NCBI GenBank assembly: GCA_051530055.1
Contig: CM121341.1
Location: forward strand, 12,068,784 to 12,132,783
Source: Neoechinorhynchus agilis
Taxonomy: Eukaryota > Animalia > Acanthocephala
Length of the DNA: 64,000 nucleotides
Direction: 5' to 3'
Positions 25,301 through 39,159 of this stretch are shown piece after piece (position 1 is the first letter of the stretch; the number at the start of each line of letters is the position of its first letter). A model generated the notes under the pieces. That model worked only from the letters and a program-made list of their open reading frames with translations, searched no databases and had not been told where the DNA came from. Position numbers and translations under genes: made by a program.

Positions 25301-27943
25301 TTAACACACACCTACGCAACCTTGACAATAATCCCTCTCACGTTAACCGTCACATTAAACTGGACTATAGTGATCCTTCTTCAAAAAAATGAACATCGGA
25401 TTTCCACGGAATCATCGAAAAGTGTTTTAAATCTCGCCTTCTTCCACTTCTTAGCAATATTTTATCGCCCCTACCATTCGGCTTTTCGCACAAATCTTCT
25501 GCATCCGATGCCCTACTTTGCATTTTTAACACGCTCCTACGCAAGCTTGACAATAATCCCTCTCACGTCAACCGTCACATTCAACTGGACTATAGTGATC
25601 CTTCTTCAAAAAATGAACATCGGATTTCCACCGAATCATCGAAAAGTGTTTTAAATCTCGCCTTCTTCCACTTCTTAGCAATATTTTATCGCCCCTACCA
25701 TTCGGCTTTTCGCACAAATTTTCTGCATCGGATGCCCTACTTTGAATTTTTAACACGCTCCTACGCAACCTTGACAATAATCCCTCTCACGTCTACCGTC
25801 ACATTCAGCTGGACTATAGTGATCCTTCTTCAAAAAAATGAACATCGGATTTCCACCGAATCATCGAAAAGTGTTTTAAATCTCGCCTTCTTCCACTTCT
25901 CAGCAATATTTTATCGCCCCTACCATTCGGCTTTTCGCACAAATCTTCTGCATCCGATGCCCTACTTTGCATTTTTAGCACGCTCCTACGCAACCTTGAC
26001 AATTATCCCTCTCACGTCAACCGTCACATTCAAATGGACTATAGTGATCCTTCTTCAAAAAAATGAACATCGGATTTCCACCGAATCATCGAAAAGTGTT
26101 TTAAATCTCGCCTTCTTCCACTTCTTAGCAATATTTTATCGCCCCTACCATTCGGCTTTTCGCACAAATCTTCTGCATCCGATGCCCTACTTTTCATTTT
26201 TAACACGCTCCTACGCAACCTTGACAATAATCCCTCTCACGTCAACCGTCACATTCAACTGGACTATTGTGATCCTCCTTTAATAAAATGAACATCGGAT
26301 TACCACCGAATCATCGAAAAGTGTTTTAAATATCGCCTTCTTCCACTTCTTAGCAATATTTTATCGCCCCTACCATTCGGCTTTTCGCACAAATTTTCTG
26401 CATCGGATGCCCTACTTTGCATTTTTAACACGCTCCTACGCAACCTTGACACAATAATCCCTCTCACGTCAACCGTCACATTCAACTGGACTATAGTGAT
26501 CCTTCTTCAAAAAAATGAACATCGGATTTCCACCGAATCATCGAAAAGTGTTTTAAATCTCGCCTCTTCTTCCACTTCTTAGCAATATTTTATCGCCCCT
26601 ACCATTCGGCTTTTCGCACAAATCTTCTGCATCCGATGCCCTACTTTGCATTTAACACGCTCCTACGCAACCTTGACAATAATCCCTCTCACGTCAACCG
26701 TCACATTCAACTGGACTATAGTGATCCTTCTTCAAAAAAATGAACATCGGATTTCCACCGAATCATCGAAAAGTGTTTTAAATCTCGCCTTTTTCCACTT
26801 CTTAGCAATATTTTATCGCCCCTACCATTCGGCTTTTCGCACAAATCTTCTGCATCCGATGCCCTACTTTGCATTTTTAACACGCTCCTACGCAACCTTG
26901 ACAATAATCCTTCACGTCAACCGTCACATTCAACTGGACTATAGTGATCCTCCTTCAAAAAAATGAACATCGGATTTCCACCGAATCATCGAAAAGTGTT
27001 TTAAATCTCGCCTTCTTCCACTTAGCTATATTTTATCGCCCCTACCATTCGGCTTTTCGCACAAATCTTCTGCATCCGATGCCCTACTTTGCATTTTTAT
27101 CACGCTCCTACGCAACCTTGACAATAATCCCTCTCACGTCAACCGTCACATTCAACTGGACTATAGTGATCCTTCTTCAAAAAAATGAACATCGGATTTC
27201 CACCGAATCATCGAAAAGTGTTTTAAATCTCGCCTTCTTCCACTTCTTAGCAATATTTTATCGCCCCTACCATTCGGCTTTTCGCACAAATCTTCTGCAT
27301 CCGATGCCCTACTTTGCATTTTTAACACGCTCCTACGCAACCTTGACAATAATCCGTCTCACGTCAACCGTCACATTCAACTGGACTATAGTGATCCTTC
27401 TTCAAAAAAATGAACATCGTATTTCCACCGAATCATCGAAAAGTGTTTTAAATCTCGCCTTCTTCCAGTTCTTAGCAATATTTTATCACCCCTACAATTC
27501 GGCTTTTCGCACAAATTTTCTGCATCCGATGCCCTACTTTGAATTTTTAACACGCTCCTACGCAACCTTGACAATAATCCCTCTCACGTCAACCGTCACA
27601 TTCAGTTGGACTATAGTGATCCTTCTTCAAATGAACATCGGATTTTCACCGAATCATCGAAAAGTTTTTAAATCTCGCCTTCTTCCACTTCTTAACAATA
27701 TTTTATCACCCCTACCATTCGGCTTTTCGCACAAATCTTCTGCATCCGATGCCCTACTTTGCATTTTTAACACGCTCCTACGCAACCTTGACAATAATCC
27801 CTCTCACGTCAATCGTTCACATTCAACTAGACTATAGTGATCCTTCTTCAAAAAAATGAACATCGGATTTCCACCGAATCATCGAAAAGTGTTTTAAATC
27901 TCGCCTTCTTCCACTTCTTACAATATTTTATCGCCCCCCCCCA

Positions 27944-27980
<37 letters not shown>

Positions 27981-30900
27981 CTTTTCGCACAAATCTTCTG
28001 CATCCGATGCCCTACTTTGCATTTTTAACACGCTCCTACGCAAGCTTGACAATAATACCTCTCACGTCAACCGTCACATTAAACTGGACTACTATAGTGA
28101 TCCTTCTTCAAAAAAATGAACATCGGATTTCCACCGAATCATCGAAAAGTGTTTTAAATCTCGCCTTCTTCCACTTCTTAGCAATATTTTATCGCCCCTA
28201 CCATTCGGCTATTCGCACAAATCTTCTGCATCCGATGCCCTACTTTGCATTTTTAACACGCTCCTACGCAACCTTGACAATAATCCCTCTCACGTCAACC
28301 GTCACATTCAACTGGACTATAGTGATCCTCCTTCAAAAAAATGAACATCGGATTTCCACCGAATCATCGAAAAGTGTTTTAAATCTCGCCTTCTTCCACT
28401 TCTTAGCAATATTTTATCGCCCCTACCATTCGGCTTTTCGCACAAATTTCTCTGCATCGGATGCCCTACTTTGCATTTTTAACACGCTCCTACGCAACCT
28501 TGACTAATCCCTCTCACGTCAAACGTCACATTCAACTGGACTATAGTGATCCTTCTTCAAAATGAACATCGGATTTCCACCGAATCATCGAAAAATGTTT
28601 TAAATCTCGCTTCTTCCACTTCCACTTCTTAGCAATATTTTAATGCCCCTACCATTCGGCTTTTCGCACAAATCTTCTGCATCCGATGCCCTACTTTGCA
28701 TTTTTAACACGCTCCTACGCAAGATTGACAATAATCCCTCTCACGTCAACCGTCACATCCAACTGGACTACTATAGTGATCCTTCTTCAAAAAAATGAAC
28801 ATCGGATTTCCACCGAATCATCGAAAAGTGTTTTAAATCTCGCCTTCTTCCACTTCTTAGCAATATTTTATCGCCCCTACTATTCGGCTTTTCGCACAAA
28901 TTTTCTGCATCCGATGCCCTACTTTGCATTTTAAACACGCTCCTACGCAACCTTGACAATAATCCCTCTCACGTCAACCGTCACATTCAACTGGACTATA
29001 GTGATCCTCCTTCAAAAAAATGAACATCGGATTTCCACCGAATCATCGAAAAGTGTTTTAAATCTCGCCTTCTTCCACTTAGCAATAATTTATCGCCCCT
29101 ACCATTCGGCTTTTCGCACAAATCTTCTGCATCCGATGCCCTACTTCCACTTCTTAGCAATATTTTATCGCCCCTACCATTTCGGCTTTTCGCTCAAATT
29201 TTCTGCATCGGATGCCCTACTTTGCATTTTTAACACGCCTACGCAACCTTGACAATAATCACTCTCACGTCAACCGTCACATTCAACTGGACTATAGTGA
29301 TCCTTCTTCAAAAAAATGAACATCGGATTTCCACCGAATCATCGAAAAGTTTTTTAAATCTCGCCTTCTTCCACTTCTTAACAATATTTTATCGCCCCTA
29401 CCATTCGGCTTTACGCACAAATCTTCTGCATCCGATGCCCTACTTTGCATTTTTAACACGCTCCTACGCAACCTTGACAATAATCCCTCTCACGTCAACC
29501 GTCACATTCAACTAGACTATAGTGATCCTTCTTCAAAAAAATGAACATCGGATTTCCACCGAATCATCGAATAGTGTTTTAAATCTCGCCTTCTTCCACT
29601 TCTTAGCAATATTTTATCGCCCCTACCATTCGGCTTTTCGCACAAATCTTCTGCATCCGATGCCCTACTTGCATTTTTAACACGCTCCTACGCAACCTTG
29701 ACAATAATCCCTCTCACGTCAACCGTCACATTCAACTGACTATAGTGATCCTCCTTCAAAAAATGAACATAGGATTTCCACCGAATCATCGAAATGTGTT
29801 AAATCTCGCCTTCTTCCACTTCTTAGCAATATTTTATCGCCCCTACCATTCGGCTTTTTGCACAAATTTTCTGCATCCGATGCCCTACTTTGCATTTTTA
29901 ACACGCTCCTACGCAACCTTGACAATAATACCTCTCACGTCAACCGTCACATTCAACTGGACTATAGTGATCCTTCTTCAAAAAATGAACATCGGATTTC
30001 CACCGAATCATCGAAAAGTGTTTTAAATCTCGCCTTCTTCCACTTCTTAGCAATATTTTATCGCCCCTACCATTCGGCTTTTTTCACAAATCTTCTGCAT
30101 CGATGCCCTACTTTGCATTTTTAACACGCTCCTACGCAAGCTTGACAATAATACCTCTCACGTCAACTGTCACATTCAACTTGACTACTATAGCGATCCT
30201 TCTTCAAAAAATGAACATCGGATTTCCACCGAATCATCGAAAAGTGTTTTAAATCTCGCCTTCTTCCACTTCTTAGCAATATTTTATCGCCCCTACCATT
30301 CGGCTTTTTTCACAAATCTTCTGCATCCGATGCCCTACTTTGCATTTTTAACACGCTCCTACGCAACCTTGGACAATCCCTCTCACGTCAAATCATCACA
30401 TTCAACTGGACTATAGTGATCCTCCTTCAAAAAAATGAACATCGGATTTCCACCGAATCATCGAAAAGTGTTTTAAATCTCGCCTTCTTCCACTTCTTAG
30501 CAATATTTTATCGCCCCTACCATTCGGCTTTTCGCACAAATTTTCTGCATCGGATGCCCTACTTTGCATTTTTAACACCCTCCTACGCAACCTTGACAAT
30601 GATCACTCTCACGTCAACCGTCACATTCAACTGGACTATAGTGATCCTTCTTCAAAAAAATGAACATCGGATTTCCACCGAATCATCGAAAAGTGTTTTA
30701 AATCTCGCCTTCTTCCACTTCTTAGCAATATTTTATCGCCCCTACCATTCGGCTTTTCGCACAAATCTTCTGCATCCGATGCCCTACTTTTCATTTTTAA
30801 CACGCTCCTACGCAAGCTTGACAATAATCCCTCTCACGTCAACCGTCACATTCAACTGGACTACTATAGTGATCCTTCTTCAAAAAAATGAACATCGGAT

Positions 30901-33350
30901 TTCCACCGAATCATCGAAAGGTGTTTTAAATCTCGCCTTCTTCCACTTCTTGGCAATATTTTATCGCCCCTACCATTCGGCTTTTCGCACAAATCTTCTG
31001 CATCCGATGCCCTACTTTGCATTTTTAACACGCTCCTACGCAACCTTGACAATAATCACTCTCACGTCAACCGTCACATTCAACTGGACTATAGTGATCC
31101 TCCTTCAAAAAAATGAACATCGGATTTCCACCGAATCATCGAAAAGTGTTTTAAATCTCGCCTTCTTCCACTTAGCAATAATTTATCGCCCCTACCATTC
31201 GGCTTTTCGCACAAATCTTCTGCATCCGATGCCCTACTTCCACTTCTTAGCAATATTTTATCGCCCCTACCATTCGGCTTTTCGCACAAATTTTCTGCAT
31301 CGGATGCCCTACTTTGCATTTTTAACACGCTCCTACGCAACCTTGACAATAATCCCTCTCACGTCAACCGTCACATTCAACTAGACTATAGTGATCCTTC
31401 TTCAAAAAAATGAACATCGGATTTCCACCGAATCATCGAAAAGTGTTTTAAATCTCGCCTTCTTCCACTTCTTAGCAATATTTTATCGCCCCTACCATTC
31501 GGCTTTTCGCACAAATTTTCTGCATCCGATGCCCTACTTTGCATTTTTAACACGCTCCTACGCAACCTTGACAATAATCCCTCTCACGTCAACCGTCACA
31601 TTCAGTTGGACTATAGTGATCCTTCTTCAAAAAAATGAACATCGGATTTCCACCGAATCATCGAAAAGTTTTTTAAATCTCGCCTTCTTTCCACTTCTTA
31701 GCAATATTTTATCGCCCCTACCATTCGGCTTTTCGCACAAATTTTCTGCATCGGATGCCCTACTTTGCATTTTTAACACGCTCCTACGCAACCTTGACAA
31801 TAATCCCTCTCACGTCAACCGTCACATTCAACTAGACTATAGTGATCCTTCTTCAAAAAAATGAACATCGGATTTCCACCGAATCATCGAAAAGTGTTTT
31901 AAATCTCGCCTTCTTCCACTTCTTAGCAATATTTTATCGCCCCTACCATTCGGCTTTTCGCACAAATTTTCTGCATCCGATGCCCTACTTTGCATTTTTA
32001 ACACGCTCCTACGCAACCTTGACAATAATCCCTCTCACGTCAACCGTCACATTCAGTTGGACTATAGTGATCCTTCTTCAAAAAAATGAACATCGGATTT
32101 CCACCGAATCATCGAAAAGTTTTTTAAATCTCGCCTTCTTCCACTTCTTAACAATATTTTATCGCCCCTACCATTCGGCTTTTCGCACAAATCTTCTGCA
32201 TCCGATGCCCTACTTTGCATTTTTAACACGCTCCTACGCAACCTTGACAATAATCCCTCTCACGTCAACCGTCACATTCAACGGGACTATAGTGATCCTT
32301 CTTCAAAAAAATGAACATCGGATTTCCACCGAATCATCGAAAAGTGTTTTAAATCTCGCCTTCTTCCACTTCTTAGCAATATTTTATCGCCCCTACCATT
32401 CGGCTTTTCGCACAAACCTTCTGCATCCGATGCCCTACTTTGCATTTTTTACACGCTCCTACGCAACCTTGACAATAATCCCTCTCACGTCAACCGTCAC
32501 ATTCAACTGGACTATAGTGATCCTCCTTCAAAAAAATGAACGTCGGATTTCCACCGAATCATCGAAAAGTGTTTTAAATCTCGCCTTCTTCCACTTAGCA
32601 ATATTTTATCGCCCCTACCATTCGGCTTTTCGCACAAATTTTCTGCATCCGATGCCCTACTTTGCATTTTTAACACGCTCCTACGCAACCTTGACAATAA
32701 TCCCTCTCACGTCAACCGTCACATTCAACTGGACTATAGTGATCCTTCTTCAAAAAAATGAACATCGGATTTCCACCGAATCATCGAAAAGTGTTTTAAA
32801 TCTCGCCTTCTTCCACTTCTTAGCAATATTTTATCGCCCCTACCATTCGGCTTTTCGCACAAATTTTCTGCATCGGATGCCCTACTTTGCATTTTTAACA
32901 CGCTCCTACGCAACCTTGACAATAATCCCTCTCACGTCAACCGTCACATTCAACTGGACTATAGTTATCCTCCTTCAAAAAAATGAACATCGGATTTCCA
33001 CCGAATCATCGAAAAGTGTTTTAAATCTCGCCTTCTTCCACTTCTTAGCAATATTTTATCGCCCCTACCATTCGGCTTTTCGCACAAATCTTCTGCATCC
33101 GATGCCCTACTTTGCATTTTTAACACGCTTCTACGCAACCTTGACAATAATCCCTCTCACGTCAACCGTCACATTCAACTGGACACTTATCGAAAGCATT
33201 AAAATGCGTGGACCATTCACTCTTTCTTAGGGCCTGCTGCGAATTTGGTCTCAACTCGTGGCAGATCCGATGGCTCGATTCTTAACTTCACAATCGCAAA
33301 CAATGCATTCACCGCTGATCTACCTCCATGATCATCAAATCCCTCACGAA
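22390..33350 (+). mobile_element. LINE RT pseudogene that hosts the tandem array
   Basis: The left flank matches the LINE at ~59895-60170. The right flank continues the RT: LSKALKCVDHSLF...IRWLDS*LHNRKQC. Confidence 0.85.
22731..33184 (+). repeat. Tandem satellite of ~46 x ~225-bp units derived from LINE RT core sequence
   Basis: One frame of the unit reads DPSSKK*TSDFHRIIEKCFKSRLLPLLSNILSPLPFGFSHKSSASDALLCIFNTLLRNLDNNPSHVNRHIQLDYS; copies are highly similar. Confidence 0.97.
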
Positions 33351-35340
33351 AAATGAACGGAAGATTCGGTTTCGAGCGGTAATCCATATAACGACCCGTC
33401 AAGTTTTCTATGCCCTCTCGCAACATCAACAATTTTCTCTCTGTGTGATCATCAGCTCTCGGTACTGCGAATGCATTCCTTTCGAAATCAAAACGCGGTC
33501 GAGATCGCGAGACACACTAAGGTTCACAACTAGGCGGTGCATTAGCCTCTGCAGCAACCAGACGTTCCCCATCACGAACAGCTTTTACCCGTAGTTGGTA
33601 CGCTAAGCGCGCGACTGGTCCGGTTACACCGCAAGCAGCCTCATTGCTGAAATGCAGACTAATCATATCTGCGGTTAATGGACCAGCGTACCGTGTTTCT
33701 CGTTTCCTGGCTTCGGCTATCGGTCCATTGCTACGGAGGACACGGGCATTTGTGAGTAATACTGATGAGCTGTTATCAACGTTGCGATCGCGACAGAATG
33801 AATTGACCAACAGTCGCGTAATGTCTTTTGATTTCGTGGCATTGTACACCAATGTGGACAACGAGGGAGCAGTACGTGCGCTGGAGAAAAGGTTGAAGGA
33901 GAATGAAGATCTTGACCTCTTTGGTCTACTACCAGACGATGTTATTGGTCTGACACGATTGGTATTGAAGTGCAACCTTTTTCGTTATCGAAACCAGCTA
34001 TATAAGCAAGTTCGTGGTCTCGCAATGGGAAATAGTTTGGCTCCGGTATTGGCCATCCTCTACCTCGATGACCTGGAAAGACTGCACATCTATCCACATT
34101 TAGCGTCGAGTCAAGTTTACCTCCGCTATGTGGACGATGTGTTGCTGACCTTCACCGAGGATGATGAGGTCGATACCATTGAGTCACTATTAAATTCAAT
34201 GGACTCGAATAGGAGGATTCAAGTTACAAGAGACCAACCTTCGGACTACCTGCCATTCCTCAATCTCCGCTTCAAATCCGACGATGTGTCCAACTTCAAT
34301 TGGTATCGAAAGCCATGCAGGAAGTCGATTGTGATGCACCGAGATTCTCACCATCCTTGGGCGATGAAAGCGGCGATATACGCTGGTATGCATAAATCGG
34401 CAACCACCTGCTCATCGTCGTGGGACGCGAAGCGTGGAGCGGTGGAAGCAGTAAACAAGATCTTCGCGGACAACGGATATTCGACAGAGGAGATCGAAGG
34501 ATTCCAGCGAGAAGTGGAAAATAGAATTAGACGAGACGCTGGACCCATGAGGGAACGAAAGGACGATAGGCCGATCCTACGAATTCCGTACGTGAGTGAA
34601 ATGTTCACGAAGAGAGTTAAAGTACTGCTCAGGCAAGCAGGGTTGAATGTGCGTATTGTGCACAGAGGGTGTAGAACGCTGCGGAGGATGCTGACGAGAA
34701 CGAGGCATCATGAGGATCATCAGGAATGCCCTCGGTCGTGCCTAATGTGCAGATACGCAGCAGGTGCGAGGATGGACGAGGAGCGTCAGCAAGCCATTGA
34801 TCGTGACTGGAAGATGTGCGATCAGAGCAGTGTGGTCTACGAGATCCGGTGTGAACGGTGTCGGATTGACCGTGGCCACTTGGTCACGTACGTGGGAAAA
34901 ACAGAAAGGCCACTTCGCCAAAGAGTGGCCGAGCATGTACGAAACTCGTTGAACCCAAGTGCGCAATCGTATGTGACGACACCGTGGGCGAAACATTATT
35001 CGCGAGTCCACCCGGATGGAACAGTTCAGCTGTCCACGCGCATAATGTACAAAGCGCAAGATCCCGTCGAACTGTCGATAGCGGAAGCGCTGATCATATC
35101 CCGAGAGACCCGGGATCGTGAGGACTCTAGCGGGCATCGGTCGGACGGTAGGACACTCATTAACCAGAAGGATGAGTTGTCTGCCGTCATGAATCTCATG
35201 TGAACTTCCACTTCACTCGCATTGTAGATTACACCCTGAAGAAGCCGTTGGACGGCGAAAGCTAGGTGTTTCAATAAACTCTCTTTCAGTCGGATTGTCA
35301 ATCAAACAATCATCAATAGATAAAACATGCGACTGAACAA
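33350..35340 (+). mobile_element. Penelope-like element (RT + GIY-YIG) with a 3' pseudo-LTR
   Basis: ORF 33644-35203 has DFVALYTNV, GLAMGNSLAP, RYVDD and VVYEIRC..C...YVGKTERPLRQRVAEH. Confidence 0.95.
35231..35269 (+). ncRNA. Minimal Penelope-type hammerhead ribozyme
   Basis: ACACC-CTGAAGA-A-GCCG/CGGC-GAAA-GC-TA-GGTGT, then AATAAA. Confidence 0.9.
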
Positions 35341-36002
35341 CCAAGCAGCGCTTAGTAATCTTGAAATGTTTTAATTCATTTCATCCTGCTATACCTCGCA
35401 CCCCTCCACTTCAGCTCCTTTTTCAACACTTCTCAATGTTCTCGGATATCATGACCAGAAATGAACCTGAGGAAAGACCCAACCTCACAAGCTCTTCTGC
35501 AAACAATATCCGCGAATCCCCACCAGAACGGACATCCCCCGACGGGATATTCGTACCCGAACGAACCCGCAATTCACTCCAAAATGAAGAACCGAATTCA
35601 TTTAACAAATAAGAACTCGAGTGCTCACGATGACATAAATGTACATGGTTTCTCTGCTTTGAACAAAAAAATGTGTTATTGTTAATCCTTAATCGCCTAA
35701 TTTCCTAGTTTTTCATTTTTGAGTATTTGACCAATGTTGGCCGTTCAGTTGTAGGCGTCTTTTTCCGTTGTTCATCTTTTTGATACGAATTGGTGTAAAA
35801 ATGTTAAAACCCGGATAATTTGTATTCACCTGTACGCTTGGCGTTTTTACAAGAACACAAATACGGGAATCATGGTTTATTTGGGTCAAACGTATAAGAC
35901 AGAGACCTCAATTATCGGAATCTACATGTTTTTTAAAGTATTAGCGTTTAAAAGTGTTTCAAAACCCCTGCTCATTTCTCCCATAAACTACCTATTTTTT
36001 GT

Positions 36003-36530
36003 TTAACTTTCATGCCTAATGCAACTCAACAAAGCATCCCAGATCAATGTACAGGAACATACATAAGTCACCCTGAGATGGGTCGGTAAAAATCGAAAAT
36101 TGATATATTGAAGGAGTGGCCAGAATGTACAGTCCAACGCGTATAGCTTTACGATTTTGTTCTTCACTTCATTGCGAGCGTCCTGGTGACTTTCTCCGCT
36201 TAGAAGAGGCATTATATATAAGAATCCAACGCATAGAATAGGGGAGATTACTCCTTGGTCCAATAGGATTTTCCGAAAGATTTGCCTAGGGACAAATCGC
36301 CGATCCAACCAAGTGTACCAATAATGCAGAATAGGACCTTCCATAAGACCGATAATCAACATGTTTCTAGTGCGATCCCTGTCAATCAGGCTTTGTTCTT
36401 TCATTTGAACCCAATTCACTCGATGCTGTTCGGCCATGTCTCCCACTGCCATCAACGTTCCCGCCTGAGCACAGCTCAAGAGTACAGGGCCAAATCGGTG
36501 TCGGAATGTTGTCAGCATTCGAAGGAACAT
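36003..36530 (-). CDS. MPV17L2: Mpv17/PMP22 family protein, MPV17L2-like, single exon
   Basis: GTLMAVGD, GPILHYWYTWLD, KILLDQ..ISP, FWPLLQYINFRFLP..RVTYV. Confidence 0.88.
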   Translation of the reverse strand: MFLRMLTTFRHRFGPVLLSCAQAGTLMAVGDMAEQHRVNWVQMKEQSLIDRDRTRNMLIIGLMEGPILHYWYTWLDRRFVPRQIFRKILLDQGVISPILCVGFLYIMPLLSGESHQDARNEVKNKIVKLYALDCTFWPLLQYINFRFLPTHLRVTYVCSCTLIWDALLSCIRHES

Positions 36531-36616
36531 ATTTCTACAGATTTTCTAGAATGACTGCTGAAAAGGCAATTTAGAAGGTTTTTAGAATTGCTAAGAACAG
36601 AATAGAAAATCTTTTA

Positions 36617-39097
36617 TTAGCAGATCTCTTGACATCCGTGTAACTGAATTTTAGTGAACTTGTCAGACTTACGACCTATATCGTCGAGATCAGCGACGAC
36701 CTTTAAAAAGTGAGTGAAAGTAGAAGCTATTTAGTTTACTTACTCTTTTAGCGAGTAATTTTAAATGGGCGATCAAATCGCTGATTTCTTTTGCGGCTTT
36801 TTGAATATCGAGTCGGGTAATCTCGATCTCTTGTTCATGTTTGTTCAGTAGGTTTCTATGACGCTGGGAAATTTGTGCTCAGTTCGCAAGAATAAATCAC
36901 TGAACGCTGACAGAAATTGGTTAAAGAGGTCATTGGTTAAGCAGAACATCTTCTAATGGAATAATCGGAAATATAGATTTTTAAAATAAAATGGTGGTCA
37001 CAATTATTGGTAAATACAGTTCATTTCTTTTCCCGTTTTCTTTATAAAAACTCGCAGTTTTGTTTTAAAAATATATTCTTTAGCTATAGATAGTTATTGG
37101 TAGACATAATGGGAAGCTTGATCTTAATGTCGAGTGAAAGTAGAAACTAATAAAATCTATTTAGAATGTCTTTAAGTGAAAAGAGCTTTTGCAGTCTACA
37201 ATAATAAAATTTTAGCAACAAATTTCCCCGTGCCTTATAGCGATCAACTCGTGATAGATCCTTTTCCAAATCAGACATCCACATCTTTGCTCTTCGTTCA
37301 CTCTCACAAATGCAACATAGCTGAACAAAGCGATCGGATTCGAGACTAGCAATAAGCTCAGACAAATTCCGGATATCCTTTTCCGTGCTATCAGTATCTA
37401 TAAGCCACTCAAACATGTGATTGGCATCGTCCTCTAGACTCTGGATCAGTCGTGATTTGGAGAAAGCAAGCAGCTAAAAACCATGCATTGTGTTTGTGCT
37501 TTTATGGAGAAAAAGTCAAACCTGGTAAAGACCTACTTTGACAGAAGATCTGTTTGCAGAATCTCTAAGTATTTCTGGATTACGATCGCCATAGATCACT
37601 TTCCGTATTGAATCTAGGTAAGGGTTTTCGTCGTTTACGACAGCCCCTAGGTTTGATTTGCTCATGTGAGCATCGTATGACAGTATTACACGATGGGTTT
37701 TTCGTGAAGTTTCAAAGAAAATACGCCATCTATTAAATTAACTATAGTGATTTTCAAAACTTAAAAGAATCTGCGATCTATATTTCACTTTTCTTTGAAA
37801 TTAAAAGACTCAAAAACCTTGCCGAATAAACCCACTCGTGCTTGAAGCAACTTTTAAGCTGATCGTTTTGACGAAGAGCGTTGTAGTATCGATCGCACAA
37901 AACGAGCCGCTCCGAATGAAGACCAGCGATTTCTTCTATAATATCGACTCCTTCAATTCCAAGTCTCGATGCTTTCTTACGAAATGCTTCTATTGATCGA
38001 TTTAGCGCTATTGTCGATCCATTCTTTAGTTTTACACATTTCTTACACAACTCCGATTTTAGGTGGGTAAGGAAATTAAAGGATTTACCTCCAATGCACA
38101 TTGAAGACGCTTCATGTCATTTCTCGCCTTCTTTAAATCGTTATAATAGAGACTGTTCAATTTTTGAGTTTCATATACTTTTTTCAGATAAAATTTTAAT
38201 TATTTGAAGTGTAAAGTAAAACTTAACGTACTTAAATGCCCATTTGTGGATTTTAGATCATTACAGATTCGAATCCAGTCTTTAAGTAAGGGATTGGTGT
38301 AAGATCCGAACAGATTCGTTTTTCCTAATTCCTTGTCACTGATAAGATAATCACGGATTGCAAGACATTTGTGGTAGTCGAAGCCTTTAAAATGTTGCAA
38401 TGAGCCTTCAGAAATATTAAACGTTGCTTAGTTTTAATTTAAGAAGATAACGAAAAAGAAGTTCACACGGCTCGATGGTATTTAAAAAAGCGATCGTCAA
38501 TAAAGTTACTTAAACTGTGATTAAAGAACTCAAATTAGCACAGCGAAATGGGTTGCGGGGCATTTGACAAGGGACTTCCCACGTGCCAGACATTTTATCT
38601 CCTTGACAGAATAGGCGAAGCATGCATCAGACAATTAACTAACTCCATTTTTTCCAGTTTAAATTTAAGAGCATTCCCGGAATGGATTTTATACGATCTA
38701 TTGCCAATTTTATATTCACCTTTTCGTTACAAAGGAGGAAATTATAAATCGCTTAAAATCTCAGCCCAGTATCACGCAATGTTTCGATTTTCGCCTTGAT
38801 ACATTATCTTTCCACGCTAACAAAACAGCAAACGATGAGCAAGAACCGAGCATTTAATTATTACGATACTCGTTTATCTACATGGCGAATTTGAAAAAAC
38901 TTACACAATTCATTTCTGAACTCATAAAATTCAAAGGAAGAAGGTATTTGGCAGGTCTCCTTAATTTTTTTATAAGCAGTATAAAGTCGATCGATGACTG
39001 ATGAATCCACGAGAGATGCACCTTCTCTTTCAATAAAATCAGGCAAGCGTGAAAGGTGAACAACAAGAGTTTTAGTAGTTTTTCCTTTATCGATCAT
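36617..39097 (-). CDS. CDK5RAP3: CDK5RAP3 (C53/LZAP) homolog with ~8 exons; internal boundaries partly uncertain
   Basis: YHKCLAIRDYL...KTNLFGSYTNPLLKDW, ASRLGIEGVDIIEEI, ILRDSANRSSVKVGLYQ|LLAF. GT-AG introns of ~31-54 nt, one of 499 nt, and one ~370-nt intron with inverted-repeat ends. Confidence 0.85.
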
Positions 39098-39159
39098 CTG
39101 AATAAAAAAGAAAAAGTGGTGGTTAAAGGAAAACACAACGGTCAACAAAGAAAGAGAAT

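Noticed and set aside
27934-27980. C9-AATT-G34 tract within the satellite (possible G-quadruplex or insertion)
   Set aside because: It replaces the normal CCCCTACCATTCGG in a single monomer and is most likely a sequencing or consensus artefact; raw reads are needed.
22731-33184. CRISPR-like array
   Set aside because: The units are contiguous with no unique spacers, the context is eukaryotic, and no cas genes are present.
22871-33230. Long ORFs (up to 462 aa) of repeated SSKSVLNLAFFHFLAIF... and the many 62-aa antisense ORFs
   Set aside because: These are by-products of a 225-bp (3n) unit. This is not the ancestral RT frame, the ORFs break wherever the A-run slips, and the 3-bp indels fall in CTT/CTA micro-repeats.
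37700-37730. Apparent in-frame TAA in CDK5RAP3
   Set aside because: A canonical solution exists using a 17-nt micro-exon between 54-nt and 31-nt GT-AG introns.
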